The notes below the pieces were generated by a model, which was not told the DNA's origin, did not search any database, and worked only from the letters and a program-made list of their open reading frames with translations. A program made the position numbers and the translations under genes. Positions 1-13,112 of a DNA stretch of 64,000 bases are shown piece by piece. The stretch is taken from positions 23,498,001-23,562,000 of the forward strand of contig JBHGNT010000005.1 of assembly GCA_043228905.1 (NCBI GenBank), read 5' to 3'. This stretch comes from Azolla caroliniana. Lineage: Eukaryota; Plantae; Polypodiophyta. Each line of letters starts with the position of its first letter. The stretch's first letter is position 1.

Positions 1-265
1 GGTTTCGTACAAAGCCCGTCCTTTCTCAAACTCTGTAGTCTATGATATCAAAGAAAATCATAACCCTTCAACCCTGAGAAATAGAACCCAATGCACTCAA
101 AGGCCCTGTATTTTGATTGACTGAACCATCAGTCAAATGCCTGAAAACACCGTAACTTCAAAGAAATTAGTACACTTGCAAAAAATATTTTCAAGTCTTG
201 AACCAGTGCATCTGAAGAGTGGTCAAATCCATCCAAATCACATCCAAAGGTGTATTACTATACAC

Positions 266-3200
266 TTAAGATTGTTGCATTGCCTCAGCGTGATAAACTT
301 CTAATTCGGCATCCAGATCCGCTGCAGATTTTTCTTGTCCTCGACGTCCCCCCCTTCCTCCTCTCCTTGATGAACCACCAGGGCCTCGACCAGACCTCGC
401 CAATCCTCTAAAAGTAAAAATAACACATCTTATTAAGCATGTGCATCAAACATTAAAGCATTTAAAGGATCCAAATCCCTAGAACCAAAAAATGGAGTTC
501 ACTGCTATGTGCTAGACAAAAGGACATTTTTTTTCTAATGACCCAACATTGGCACTTTAATATTAAAATTAATAAGCATAAGAAAAAATCCCAAAATACT
601 CAGAATTGTTTATGAGATTCCCACCAAAATTACCCCTCAGCGGTTTGAATAAATTACCAAATTCCCAGAATACCCCATTTCCCCCTTTCTAAAAAAGATG
701 GAAATTAAGTAGAGAAAGAAGTATTATTTTGGAATTAGAAAAGATGAGGGGGAAGAAAGAGAATAATTTTGTAATTTCAATTTTATCAGGATAATTTGGT
801 AGTTTCTAGACCAATTAGTTGTATTTTTGTGGATTTCCAAAAAATCAAATATAATGAAGGGTTTCGTGTTTTGTGCACAAGAAAAGGATGGAAGATCTAT
901 CTAATGAAAACAGCAATATTTACTGAAAATGTATCTTTCCAAGAAACTAAAAGCGTGTACAATATCCTAATGAATTTTCAAAAGATTAGCTTTGTTGACA
1001 ACATCTAACATGAAACTTTGGAGACCCTAAACAGTAGGATATCAAAGGCAGTTAAGTTAAATATACTTTGTTTGAAGGAAATTTTACATGCTTTTAAGAA
1101 CAACTCTTGTTAAGAAGCTAAAAAGTTGTACCAGAGACAAGGCACTTACGGTCCTCTTGTTGCTAGCCCTCCTCTTCCATTAAAAGAAGGTTTTGGAATT
1201 CGTACTGGAGCAGCAGGAATCCCTAAGTTTGTTCCAATTATTTCCATCTTCATTGGTTTTCCATCCAACTGGACATTATTGTATCGCTTCATGGCGGCCA
1301 TAGCATCTGATCTTCTTGAATAAACTACCTCTGCAGTCCCCTGAAAATTTTAAGATGCAAAATTTAGCCTAAACAGTTGCCAAAAATCTTTTCCCTATAC
1401 AGTACTTTATAATCAGATGATAAACCTAAGCTAAAAGAAATCAGTTACCAAATATTTTTTCTTCTGTAGTACAGTGAAATAAGTTATGAAATCTTGACTT
1501 TAAAAAATCAGTTACCATATATCTTTTTCCCATCCTGAAACCAGTTACCAAACACAAAGAATACTTATGAGATAGAATGTTACCTTCGAACGTCCACTCC
1601 TATCATAATGAACTGTGCACCGTTTAAGGTCACCAACCTCTGAAAAGAGTTCCTGCAGACACAAATGGCTCAGAGATTGGAACAAAAGCATGAGCATAAC
1701 AAAGGACAATTGATACGGAATTCATAATCACCTTTATATCTTCATTTGAGACTCCAAAATCTAAGTTAGAAATAAGAACTTTAGTTCCTGTTTCTATTCC
1801 CATATTTGGCTTAAGAGGTGCTGCACCAGAACCTTCTTCAAAGAGATCATGCTCCCATTGACCTTCCTCGGGTGCTCCTCGTGTAGGCTGCTTCATATTA
1901 ACATAATATGCACACAAAAATAAGCTAAAATTATTAAGAGCAATGAGCTGATCTACCTATTTTTTAGTAAGATATAATTTAACATCATAATACCAGAATA
2001 CTATAGCATACAACGACATTATAATATCTTAGCATGCAAAACGAGCAAGGGTGAACAGGAGATATACATAGAACCCCTTGTCTGATAATAAGCTTCGCGC
2101 AATATATACTTGAGATTCGAGAACAAATAATAAAAATAGAGAGCAGGAGTTCTACCAGGATGAGGAAAACAATCGGCTTAATAGTTTATATAGCTTTTTC
2201 GTATATAGGATTCTTCGACAAACTTCAAAGACAAACATAGCAATAAAGAAAAGGAAGGAAATCAGGCATCAAACTATAATACAAAATCCATGGTAAAAAT
2301 GCAAACAAATTGACAGGCAGATGAGTAGTAATGAATTCTCATAATTTTTCTAGGGATTAAAAAATATATAACGAATAAAAGAAAATTACCACCTTTGGGC
2401 CTCCATACTGGTGATATTCATTGAAACTATTAAAGTCCTTACGTGAATCTGTTAAACCCATTATGTCTATTAATCTGTGTAATTTAACATGATTCAAAAG
2501 ATATCTACAAAAACAAATCTGCACAGGTAAATTTCTGCTCATCCACCCTCCTCTTGCTTCCTTCTGCCTGAACACAGTTATGATCAAAATCCCTACCAAC
2601 TCAGGAACCCTCTGTCAAACTTTTCTGATGTTAGGTTAACATCTCAGTACCAAATTAGAACTAAGATTCAGCATCATAGGTTCAAAATATATGCTGTTTC
2701 CTCCTGTGACAAATTCCCAACATAAATTTGCTCAGGGAATATCTGGATGAACTTAAATCTAAGGCCATATCTCATCACCAAACTGTACTGCACACAACAA
2801 ATATGGAGTATTTTTAATGTTCTGACCTACTTTCAAGGGAAAAAACTGTTTCTCTGGGATGATCTTTCCATTTAATACAATGTTATGTTGCCCCTAGCCT
2901 GCCCCATCTTCATTGTAGAATCCATTACTTTTCTTGTTTTGACCCTCTTTATGCAGAGAAACAAAGGTATTCTCATAAGACAGCTCCATCATCAATGGAT
3001 TCCAAAGGTGAACAAAATCTTTCCCCTCTCAGTTGGAGAAAAAATACAGAATCTTCTCTTGTCAAGCACCACAATGAATTCCAAAGATAAACAAACTCCT
3101 TAATCTGAGTTGGATACAATGAGCTTCCATATTGCCGAAAATCTACAGAATCTGCTTTCAATACACACCATAATTTTCAAAGACTCACAAATCCCTGCCT

Positions 3201-4301
3201 CTGATAGGATTTGAGAATCTTTTTCTCCTTAGAACTCGATTTTCCTTATAATTTCTTGATTATCATATTGAAAAAACCCTAAAATGCAGGGCAAAAAAAG
3301 CACTAACTACTTCCTATGAGATGCACCAAAGAATAGTTGTTCTTCTCAATGACTTGGAACCTGATTTTCTTGACTATTGTGCTGAGAAAACCCTAGAAAG
3401 CACAGAAGAAATGAACAAACTACTTCCTCTGAGTGATCGAAGAGTTTTTTTCATTCTTCATACCTAAAACTTGCTTGTTCTTACAATTTCTTGAGTTTAT
3501 AGCACAAAAGAAAAGCATAGAAAGAGAAAAGAAGTGTCTTGTCTGTACCAAAAGAATACAGAGCAAAAAAGAGCACGTTTCTTCCTCTGTGAGAATTTGA
3601 AGAAGCTTTTCCTTCTTCCATGACAATAAATTCGACTTGCCTGAACAATTTTATGACTATAAAGTACTGACGAAACCATTGAATGAAGAGAGCAAAAAAG
3701 TGCACACTCCTTCCTGTGAGTATGATGGAGGAGGCTTTTCCTTCTTTCATGATGTCAAAATCAATTTTCCTGAACAATTTCTCGATCATGGTGTACTGAA
3801 GAAACCATAGAATGCAGAGTAAAAAAGAGCAACTCTTTCCTCGTTTGATAGACGAATCTTTTCTTTCGGCCATGACTTAAGACTCGATTTTCCTTAACAG
3901 ACCCTCAACCTTACAGTATTGAAGAAAGACATAGAATGCGATGAAAAAAAGAACAAACTCCTTCCTCTGAGTTGGATCGAAGAAGCTGTTTGCGTTAAAG
4001 CTCCACTTCCTCAACAATTTCTCGCACCTTTACGGTACTGAAGAAGACGCTAAGAGAGAGACAGAGCGAGAAAGAAAGTAAGACAACTGGTTTTTCTTGC
4101 CTGTACCATGAAGTAAGGGGAAGGACGAGATCTCGGAACGTTAGATCTGCGGATAGGACCAGAAACTGAGCGTGAGCCGCCGATCCGTCCACCTCCTCCG
4201 TGCCGCGCGCCCCTTCTGTTGCTGCTGTTGCTCCCGCCCCGGGGCTCCTTCTTGCTGTTCTTGATGAGATCGTCGAGGGCCATGTCTAGAGCGCCAGACA
4301 T
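266..4301 (-). CDS. ALY: ALY/REF-family mRNA export adaptor (THO complex subunit 4), 5 exons: 4301-4101 (or -4107), 1887 (or 1890)-1732, 1652-1584, 1340-1150, 407-266
   Basis: N-terminal REF motif [14 protein letters not shown]; WEHDLF motif; RRM ([19 protein letters not shown]|[23 protein letters not shown]|[34 protein letters not shown]); C-terminal [14 protein letters not shown], then TAA at 268-266. Introns 2-4 are GT-AG and exon phases join in frame. Confidence 0.95.
3200..4050. repeat. Degenerate ~125-130 bp tandem repeat (~6-7 copies) in ALY intron 1
   Basis: Recurring blocks 'cttcctctgag', 'gaagctttt', 'tcgattttcc..aacaatttctcg' and 'tactgaagaaaccatagaatgcagag..aaaaaagagca' at roughly regular spacing. 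Confidence 0.75.
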
Positions 4302-4386
4302 CGCGACAGTATGCAGGTCCGATGGAGGGCTACGGCGAGGGAGGGAGAGGAGAGAAGGAAGGACAGACGGCAGACGCAGACGCAGG

Positions 4387-4483
4387 AGGAGAGGAACCGT
4401 CTGTCTGTGTTTTCTAGGGTTTGGAAAGGAAGGAAGGAGAGGAACCGTCTGTCTGTGTTTTCTAGGGTTTGGAAAGGAAGGAA
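4387..4483. repeat. Perfect 48-bp tandem duplication upstream of the ALY ATG; each copy carries a telo-box (AAACCCTA on the gene strand)
   Basis: 'aggagaggaaccgtctgtctgtgttttctagggtttggaaaggaagga' at 4387 and 4435. Confidence 0.9.
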
Positions 4484-4569
4484 AGGAGAGAAGACGACTG
4501 TGTAGTGAACAGGAAAGCTTTTCTGTTAAGCTCTCTTTTTGTGTGTGTTTTCTTGGTGGCCATATCATT

Positions 4570-4680
4570 AGGTTCGGTTTAGACTTAACCGGTTTGGCCT
4601 TATCCAAGCCAAACCGTTTTGGGGTTCTTAAACCTGAACCAAACCAAACCATATTGATCCATAAACCGGTTTGGGACCGA
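4570..4680. mobile_element. Remnant of a GGTTCGGTTT/AAACCGAACC-rich MITE end upstream of ALY
   Basis: Same motif vocabulary as the MITEs at 21459 and 41905; no TIR pair or TSD found. Confidence 0.4.
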
Positions 4681-5935
4681 CTATCTTCCATATATGTAAA
4701 ATGTATGTACCTATAACCAAAATAAAATTCATAGGATAAATAATGTGCAATAACAAAGAAAGAAATAACAAATGTATGTACCTATATCCAAAATGTTGCC
4801 CATTCCTAACCTAAAGTTAGACAAAGTCATGGACACCCGTGTATCTTGCTAGGTATTACCTACCATCCGATTAAAAGAAACTATAGTGGGAACATTTGTA
4901 TCTTATACATCATTTATAAAGTTGCCACGCGTATAGAGATTTGGTGCACTAAACCACACTTAGACCCACGATAAGGAGGAGAATTAGCAACGTTTGAGGC
5001 TCAAGGCCAATGGAAGATTTAGTATCAAGTAGCTTCCTTTCATGAGCATATAAAGAAATACTATCCTTTTATTTTAACAATGTTTACTCATAGCAATATA
5101 ATATTATGATAGAGTACTTGCAACATGTATTGGTAATTAAGGCAAGATATAGATTTATAATTACTAGTGAGCGACCATTTGGATGCGCATATTCTACCCT
5201 TAGGTATGTCCTAGAAATGATATACCTAAATTAAATTTGTGGTATATGCATATGGATAAACAATGTCAATCTTGTGTTCCCTCTTTAAACATGTTGCTGA
5301 CATTATACAAATATAAACTAATTAACCATACTATTAGCTATAAGCTACAATCAATTTACTCGTGAGGCTAGAGATATGCTCAAATTAGCTCGCCAATAAA
5401 ACCATGTTCCATGTTTTGGAACTCTCATGATAACTATCTCGGTCTATTATGCACAATGTGTACGTGTGAAATTTCAAGTGGTAATTATGTAGAAACACTA
5501 ATTTAATACAGCTTAGAAACACACATCCATTAGATAATAAATTATTCACGCATCACTAGCGTTACTACAAATGTTTTCATGCCATTTTATTTCTTGTATT
5601 CGAATGCCAGTTGAAGTAGTCTAAGAATCCATATAATATATATCCATTAGACACTACCATCTACGCAAAGCTGGCAATGACAAATGGTGGGTGAACAATT
5701 TCTTCAATATATTCTATTCTCTAGATATCACATTTGTCAATTTTCTTCTGCATTAAACGTTTGTTGAATTATCAAACACACATTTATAATATGCTCCATT
5801 GATCTAGATTTGTAAACACTTTGACAAACCTTTGGAACCACTCAACTAGGGATATCATCACTATGTGTGGAGACAATAGACTTGTAATTCATCAATGGTC
5901 ACTCTAGTCTGTATTATCTACCCTAATTAAATCCC

Positions 5936-6090
5936 ATTAGCGGCTTAGCTAGTTTGAGTCGGTTTGGCAAGGCTCTAGCTGAGCCGAGCTGAGCTCAAAC
6001 CATTTAGGCAGGCTCAAGCCTAAGTCGAGCCGCTAAGCCATAAACTGGTTTAGCCAAATGGTTTAGGCTTGAGCCAAGCCGTTGTCAAGC
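5936..6090. mobile_element. GAGCC/GGCTC-rich MITE-like terminal remnant
   Basis: Cluster of gagccg/ggctcaagcc/aaacc motifs in both orientations within AT-rich DNA; no TSD. Confidence 0.35.
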
Positions 6091-6304
6091 AAAACATACT
6101 TCAATGGTCATCACAATATGTCATACACATTGGAGGCCCTTCACTAGAATGTGAATTGTTGTTGGGTGAAGGGTGGGAGAATGGCTCCACCCCCCTCCCA
6201 AGGGGGTTGAGACTATTCCATTTATGCCCCATGTATGGGGTTATATAGGTAGTACATTATGGTCACAATCCAAGAAAATACAATGAGGCATGTAGGGTAG
6301 TTAC

Positions 6305-9300
6305 TGTTAAAAACAAAAGTAAAACAGAACTACAAGAACTTACTAGCAAGAGCAAGGACGTGATTGGCAAACTCAGAAGAGCGAATATCATTAACTGGTG
6401 TTGTTCACCTTGAACTCATTCAAAGGAGAACTCAAATATTTATACTAAGTGGCATGCATACCTATTGCACGCATGTGATACAATAGAGCATGTATGTATG
6501 CATACATGTGCCAAGTGTAAATAATACGAGGGAGCAATTATGCACATGATGCCAGCTTAAGAAGTACAAGGAGCAATTATGCACATGATTGTATATTGAA
6601 TCTGTTGGTTATAACACAAGAGGTCATGAGTTCAAATCTTGACATGACCATTGTCATATCCTTGACATTATCCCCTAGTTTAGCACCGACTTCCAAGCGG
6701 CGCAAGCTTGAGTGGAAAGCACAAACTACCTCGGTTGCATGCGTCAAATGGTGTTCCCAAGTAGCTCCAGATATCGGGTATCCCTTCCAACGTACAAGAT
6801 AATAGAGTTTTCAACGTAGAATCTGGGAGTTGAGGATTTCTTGAACTTCGTACTCATCGCCAAACACCAACTCGATGGGCGGTGGTTGAGCAGGTTGCCA
6901 CCCGGGAAGTACAGAGGGATGGTAAACTTCCAAGAGGGATACATGGAAAACGTCATGGATGCGATAGTGGGGTGGAAGGTCAAGCCGGTAGGCCACGGGA
7001 TTGATACGGAAAGGACCCAATATTGTGTAATCTAGTTTTGAACATGGACGAGTGGTTGTAATATTGCATTGTAGTAGTCAAACCATGTCACCTACTTCAA
7101 AGTTGGGTGTCGGTGCATGTAGATTGTTGGTCGTTGACTTTTATCGATCTTGCACATTAACGAGCTCAAGAGTTAGATCTTGGTGGATTTCTTTTAGATG
7201 ACGAGCTTGCTCTTCAGCCGAGGGGTTCAACAAACCGGAGGGAAGGGATATACTGAATTGAGGTTGGAAACCAAAGTTGGCAAAGGACGGGGAGGTTCTG
7301 ATAGATGAATGAAGGGTGTTATTATAAGCGAATTCAACCAACGAGAGGAACATAGTCCAATCATCTTGCTGGTAACTCACCACACATTGGAGATATTGCT
7401 CTAGTACTTGATTTATGCATTTCGTTTGCCTATCTATTTGTGGATGGAATATCGTCGATAACTTGGTGGTGGTGCCAAGAATATGGAAGGGACGTTTCCA
7501 AAATTGGGAAATAAATGAGGCACCATGATTGGAGACGATGTCATCAGGTAACCCATGGAGGGGCACAACATTCGCTAAGATTAGATTCGTTGCCTCTAGG
7601 CTTGAGATGGCTTTGACACATGGTATAAAATGCATCATTTTGGTAAATCGGTCCACGACTACCAACTGATGGAGTCATATTCCTCAGATGGTCGTAGTCG
7701 GTGATGAAGTCCATAGATATGGATGACCACGACTGATCCGAGAGTGGGAGAGGTCAAAGCAGTCCATATGGTTCTTGATGGGTTGTTTTGGATCGAGCAT
7801 AGATGTCACAAGTATTGATGAAGGCTTTGACTAGCTTCCACTGTTGGGGCCACCAATAGGTTTGAGAGATCAATTCTAAAGTTTTAGTGACCCCAAAATG
7901 GCCCGCAAGCGAACCATCTTGGCATTCAATTATGATGCGAACTTGGCATGACTTTTCCGGGGCGTAGACTAGATTGTTCCTAAGGAGTACCCCATCTCGA
8001 AAGGAGAATTTTTCAAGGTCATCTCGATGTAATCAATGAGTTGGCTCATCGAAACATGCTTTGATTTCATGAGCAAAGTGATCAGTTGTAGTGGGCGCGA
8101 AACATGCTTTGATTTCAACAAGGAGGGGTTCGCCTTGGAGTACATATGTTGCGAAGGTTGGAACTTGGTTAGGTGTCAACATACATTGGGACTGTTGGTC
8201 GTATGCCTTGTCCCCGGGGCAGGGTGCAAGATCCAGTTGCCTAGAAAGGGCATCGGCTTTGCTATGTCGGTGTCTTGGATGAAACGTGATTTCGAAGTCA
8301 TAGTCGGCAAGGAAAATTGACCATCGAGCTTGTCAACAATTCAAGGTGCGGGTAGAAGTAAAATAGAGAAGGTTTTTGTGGTTGATTATGACCTGAACAC
8401 GGTGTTGGGCCCCAACTAGGTAAGGCCTCCATTCCTCGAAAGCAGATATAATGGCTACAAGTTCCTTGTCATAGATCGGATAGTTGATCTCAAGAGAAGT
8501 GAATTTGTGTGAGTGATAAACTACCGGGTGGTGTACCCCATCGTTGTCGAATTGTGAGAGGATAGCGTAGATAGCAAAGTCCGATGCATTTGTTTCCATT
8601 ATGAATGGATTGGTTGGGTCAGGGTGAAGGAGTACCGGGCAGGCATAAAGGCAGATTTAGTCGACATGAATGTAGTTTTTTTTGCGAACGTCCAGCAGAA
8701 GGGTCGGTCCTTATGGGTGAGTGCAACCAACGGTTGCATAATACTGGAGAACCCTTTAATAAACTGACGATAGAAATTTCAAAGCCAAGAAATGATTGAA
8801 CGTCTCTTACCCGGGTGGGAGGTTGTCATTCTTGAATTGATGCCACTTCTCGTTGATCCATGGAAATACCATCGGGAGAGACGATGTAGCCCAGAAATTC
8901 CACAGAAGACTGATCGGATGCGCACTTTTCATATTTGGCGTAAAGACAATGTTCCTGAAGTCTTGATAACACCATGCGGACGTGTTGCTCATGGGTATCG
9001 AGATCTGGAGAGTAGATGAGAATGTCATCTTGATAGGCCACCATGAATTGGTCAAGATACTCCTGAAAGATATCATTGATCATGTGTTGGAATACGGCAA
9101 GGGCATTGGTTAAAACAAATGGCATGGCGCGATACTCGAACAACCTGTATCGGGCTCAGAATGTCGTCTTCCAGACGAATACACACTAAGTTGTAAGCTC
9201 CTTGTAGTTAGATGTTCAAGAACACTCGTTTGGTCTAGAGGTGGTCCAAGAGCTTTGGAATCAATGGTAATGGGTAGCGATTGCAGATTGTTATCTTGTT

Positions 9301-9361
9301 AAGTCCTCGATAGTCGACACATAGACGCAAGGAGCCATCATTTTTCGTGACGAACAAGATT
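6305..9361 (-). mobile_element. Degenerate Ty3/gypsy chromovirus: RT, RNase H, integrase, chromodomain, PPT and 3' LTR (~6667-6305); 5' part missing
   Basis: RT (FEYRAMPF..AYQDDILIYS), RNase H (ETNASDFAI..YDKELVAI), integrase (VVVDRFTKMMHF), GPF motif, chromodomain (EYEVQEIL..YLVRWKGY); PPT 'aggggataa' then TG at 6667. The far LTR end is tentative. Confidence 0.88.
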
Positions 9362-11149
9362 GAAACTATTGAACCATCATGGTTGGCTCATTAATGGCAA
9401 AACTATTTGGATGTATAATGGAATCAAAGATAAGTGTATAGGCTGAAAAAAATGGTAACAAAGCTTATGGACAAGCTGGCTTTCGAAAACACCATAGCAC
9501 CATTGATCACATTGTCACCCTTCGAGTATTAATGGAGGAAAGTCGCCTTAGAGGTAGAGGTTTATATTGTTGCTTTGTAAACTTCAAGAAAGCTTTTGTT
9601 ATGGTACCTCGTGAGCATCTTTGTAGGCGAATGGAAGAACTTGAGGTGCCAAGTGAATATATGCTTTCAATTTAATGAATTTATGAGAAGGTTATATGTT
9701 GTATGCGTATGCGAGATAGACTTTCAGATTTTTTCAAAGCACTATTGGTGTTAAGCAAGGATGCCCACTCTCACCAACACTATTTGGTCTATGCATTGAT
9801 GAATCGGAAGAAATGGTTACCAACTTTGCAAAGTGTTGAAGAAGTTGCCATTGGGAATGTTGTGATTATGCTTTTGCTATATGCAGATGATGTAATGCTT
9901 TTTACAAATACTTTAGGAGATGCACAAAAGCTTATGAAGGCATTGGAAAAAATTTGCATGCATATTAAATTAAGTTTCAATAGCTCTAAAACAAAGATTA
10001 TGCTTGTGAATAGCCCAAAAAGAGATCAACCATGCATTATGTACAACAATGAACCACTTGAATGTGTGGAAAGCCTCAAATATCTTGGCCATGAAGTTCC
10101 TTCAAATCATAGATGGAATGAATGTGCTACACACCGCTTAGAGGCGGGTAAGAGAGCATACTATGCATTTGAGAACACATGCAATCTTGGAGATACTAAG
10201 TGTTGGGTCCTCAAGAAATATCTTTTCGACACTTTGGTGACACCGGTTCTTCTCTATGGGGTGGAAGTATGTGGTGGCAACATCCCTAAATCTATGTGGA
10301 AAGAGTTTGAAAATGTCCAAAAACATTTTCTTACAAAGTTTCTACAAGTTACGAAACAAATGCCCTACACCCTCCTCCTCCTTGAGACGGGATCGCTTCC
10401 CATTGAGATCATGGCCATGGAAAGGGTTGTTGAATACATGCTTCAGGTTCAAAAAAGTCCCTCACATTGACTTCCTAGAATTGCATGGGAAGCAATAAAA
10501 AAGATCCAAAAGACGCATAAAAGCAAAATTTTGTGTTCCGGTTGGATGCAAGATATAGAAAAATGGTTTGGTAGATGGGATGTGAGACACTTGCTTGATG
10601 ACACATCACTAGATTCCTCTGTAAATGAGGCCTTTTTGCAATGCCAACGTATCATGACATGGGACAAATGTGGAGGCTCACGCTTCACACATTATGCTAC
10701 ACATGTTGCACCTAACTACAAAACCATATTCTTTGCGAAACGGGGAAACCGAACACATTGATACATATTAGAATTTAGAGCCCATACCGTTATCTGCCAT
10801 TCGAATCATTGCTTCCATTTGACTTAGCTCACATGCATTGCGATGTGAGACATGGCGTTGGGGCACAAGTGATGAGAGTGGTCGGTTATGCACACTTTGT
10901 CCTAAACAAGTTCGTGAGTCTGAGTATCACACTTTGATACAATGCTCTACCTTTGATCATATTCGAACATGCTTTCCACATCTCTTCGACCGAGCCCAAT
11001 GCTTGCATGAATTTCTCTCACAACCACAATGTGCACTCTCGATTGCAATATTCATTCACATCGAGAATCACCACTCACTTTCACACATATCATGTGAAAT
11101 GTAATATTTTTGGTCTCATAGGTCATATTTGACCTCCGAAGACGATAAT

Positions 11150-11200
<51 letters not shown>
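9362..11200 (+). mobile_element. 5'-truncated non-LTR retrotransposon (RTE/RTE-X-like), copy 1, with (CT)n tail
   Basis: QAGFRKHHSTIDH, LLYADDV, KYLG and C-terminal RCETWRW..CTLC..ESEYHTLIQC; stops and frameshifts; (TC)n at 11154-11200. Confidence 0.9.
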
Positions 11201-11203
<3 letters not shown>

Positions 11204-11567
11204 TTGATGAAGGAAACCACCTTTTCATGACCATGGCAATCGTCTTGCAAGAGGATGATTCTTAACCCATGGTTTGAGGCATCCGTCTGCTACTTGAATG
11301 GTTGGTCAAAGTTAGGATGGGTGAGCAAACTTGATTCTTGGATCAGTGTTTTTAGGCGACGAAAGTTGTCTTCACAAGCAAGATCCCAAACGAACATCGT
11401 ATCTTTCTTCAATAGTTAGCGGAGGGGGAAAGTGACAAAGGCAAGGTTCGAGATGAAGCGAACAGAAGGTGATCATGCTCAAAAAACATTGCAGTGCTTT
11501 TACCAAGGTGGGGCGGGGGTAGTCAGTGATGGCAGCTACCTTATTAGAGTTCATACAGATTCCTTCG
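11201..11567 (-). mobile_element. Isolated gypsy RT/RNase H fragment between two microsatellites
   Basis: Minus-strand translation EGICMNSNKVAAITDYPRPTLVKALQCFL...HPNFDQPF..QTDASNHGL. Confidence 0.75.
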
Positions 11568-13112
11568 CACACACACACACACACTCTCTCTCTCTCTCTC
11601 TCTTGGTGAAAACACACAATTATATTAATAAATGTGTGTAAAAAACACTACTTACAATGGGTGTGACAATGGAATATGGTTACCCACTAACTTCACTACA
11701 TGGGTAGTGGAACATGTTGAATTGCCAATAGGCAAGACAAACACTCCACTGAGGAAAGAATTTCCACTTGCTCCAATAAAGAAATTTGCCACATTAGTAC
11801 TCCCTTCAACTTTCGTAGATATGCTTTCACTCCATGTCTACCATCGAATACAAACGCGTTGCGCATGTTCCAATTATGACGCAATCCCCAATATCTCAGA
11901 AATAGAAAATCGATCTCCATCTTTGATTTTGGGTCAACATGTGTAAATTGTGCAAACACCCACTGTCTAGGGTGTCAAATAACGTCATGATAAAACTTGC
12001 CAAATTTGAGAAATATAACTCCAAATCTGACAAGCAATCGGACATTGTATAAATCAATGAGTACTATCTTCCATTTGAACATTGCAAACAAAGCAATTGC
12101 CCGTTGCTAGTCCACGACGCTTTAATCTATTTATCAAGACCTTTGTAAATATCTTATACAACCCCCCCATCAAAGAAATAGGTCTCCATTGATGAAATGA
12201 CGTGGGAGATGCCACCTTTGGAACTAATTTAATTAGACCAAGCTTCCACGCTGAGACATACAACCAAAATCCCAATAATGTTGAAACATCAAAGTTAAGG
12301 GCCCCTTTAAAATGTTCGAATATCGCTTAAAAACTTCATTTCTCAAGCCATCCCAACCAGGGCTCTTACCACTATGAAGATGCCTTAAAACCGTGTCCAC
12401 CTCATCCTCAATAAAATCCGCATTTAATTCATGACTAATGAGGTCATGCACAATACATCCAACCACATCATAAAACTCATGACGTGCTCTACTCACCTCA
12501 TTTGTCATTAACAATTGTGGGCCAATCAACTCCTTCAAGTAATGAACACATATGTCAATTATTGTAGTAGGATCCACACTCAATTCATCACCTTGCTTCA
12601 CATGTACCACATTAGATCGAGCATAAGTAGGATGTAATGCTTGAAAAAACACATGAGATTGACATTGGTTATCTACGAGCCCATCCCTTAGTTGATGCAT
12701 CTTCGCATAACGATAACTTTGGCATTGCAACTGAGAAATAATAACCTGCAATTGACTTTGGATATCCAAAAGCTCCTCATCTAATGGTGCATGTATTAAT
12801 AATGCATTACACCTAGAGAGAACTGTCAAAGAAACCCTCTTCTTCGTTGAGCATTAGTTACTCCATACATACAATGAATGATCTTAATGTTTCGTAACAT
12901 GATATCCCATGTTTTAACTCCTTTAAGATTCACTTCTTGTGAAAAATTTACCAAAATTTGCTCCATGAGAGAATCAAAGTGAGGTTGAAGCAAAAGAGAA
13001 GAGTTAAAGTGTAATGGAGGCTTTCCAAGTACGTATTTATACATGTTAATTGCATGACTACAAACCTCCAAACAAATAGGAAAGAGATCTAAAGTTCCTA
13101 CATCTTGTAGAA

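Noticed and set aside
3420-3873. Hydrophobic repeat ORFs in ALY intron 1
   Set aside because: By-products of the intronic minisatellite.
4050-4716. 213-aa and 165-aa ORFs over the ALY start
   Set aside because: Read-through of UTR, promoter and antisense strand; conserved ALY begins at 4301.
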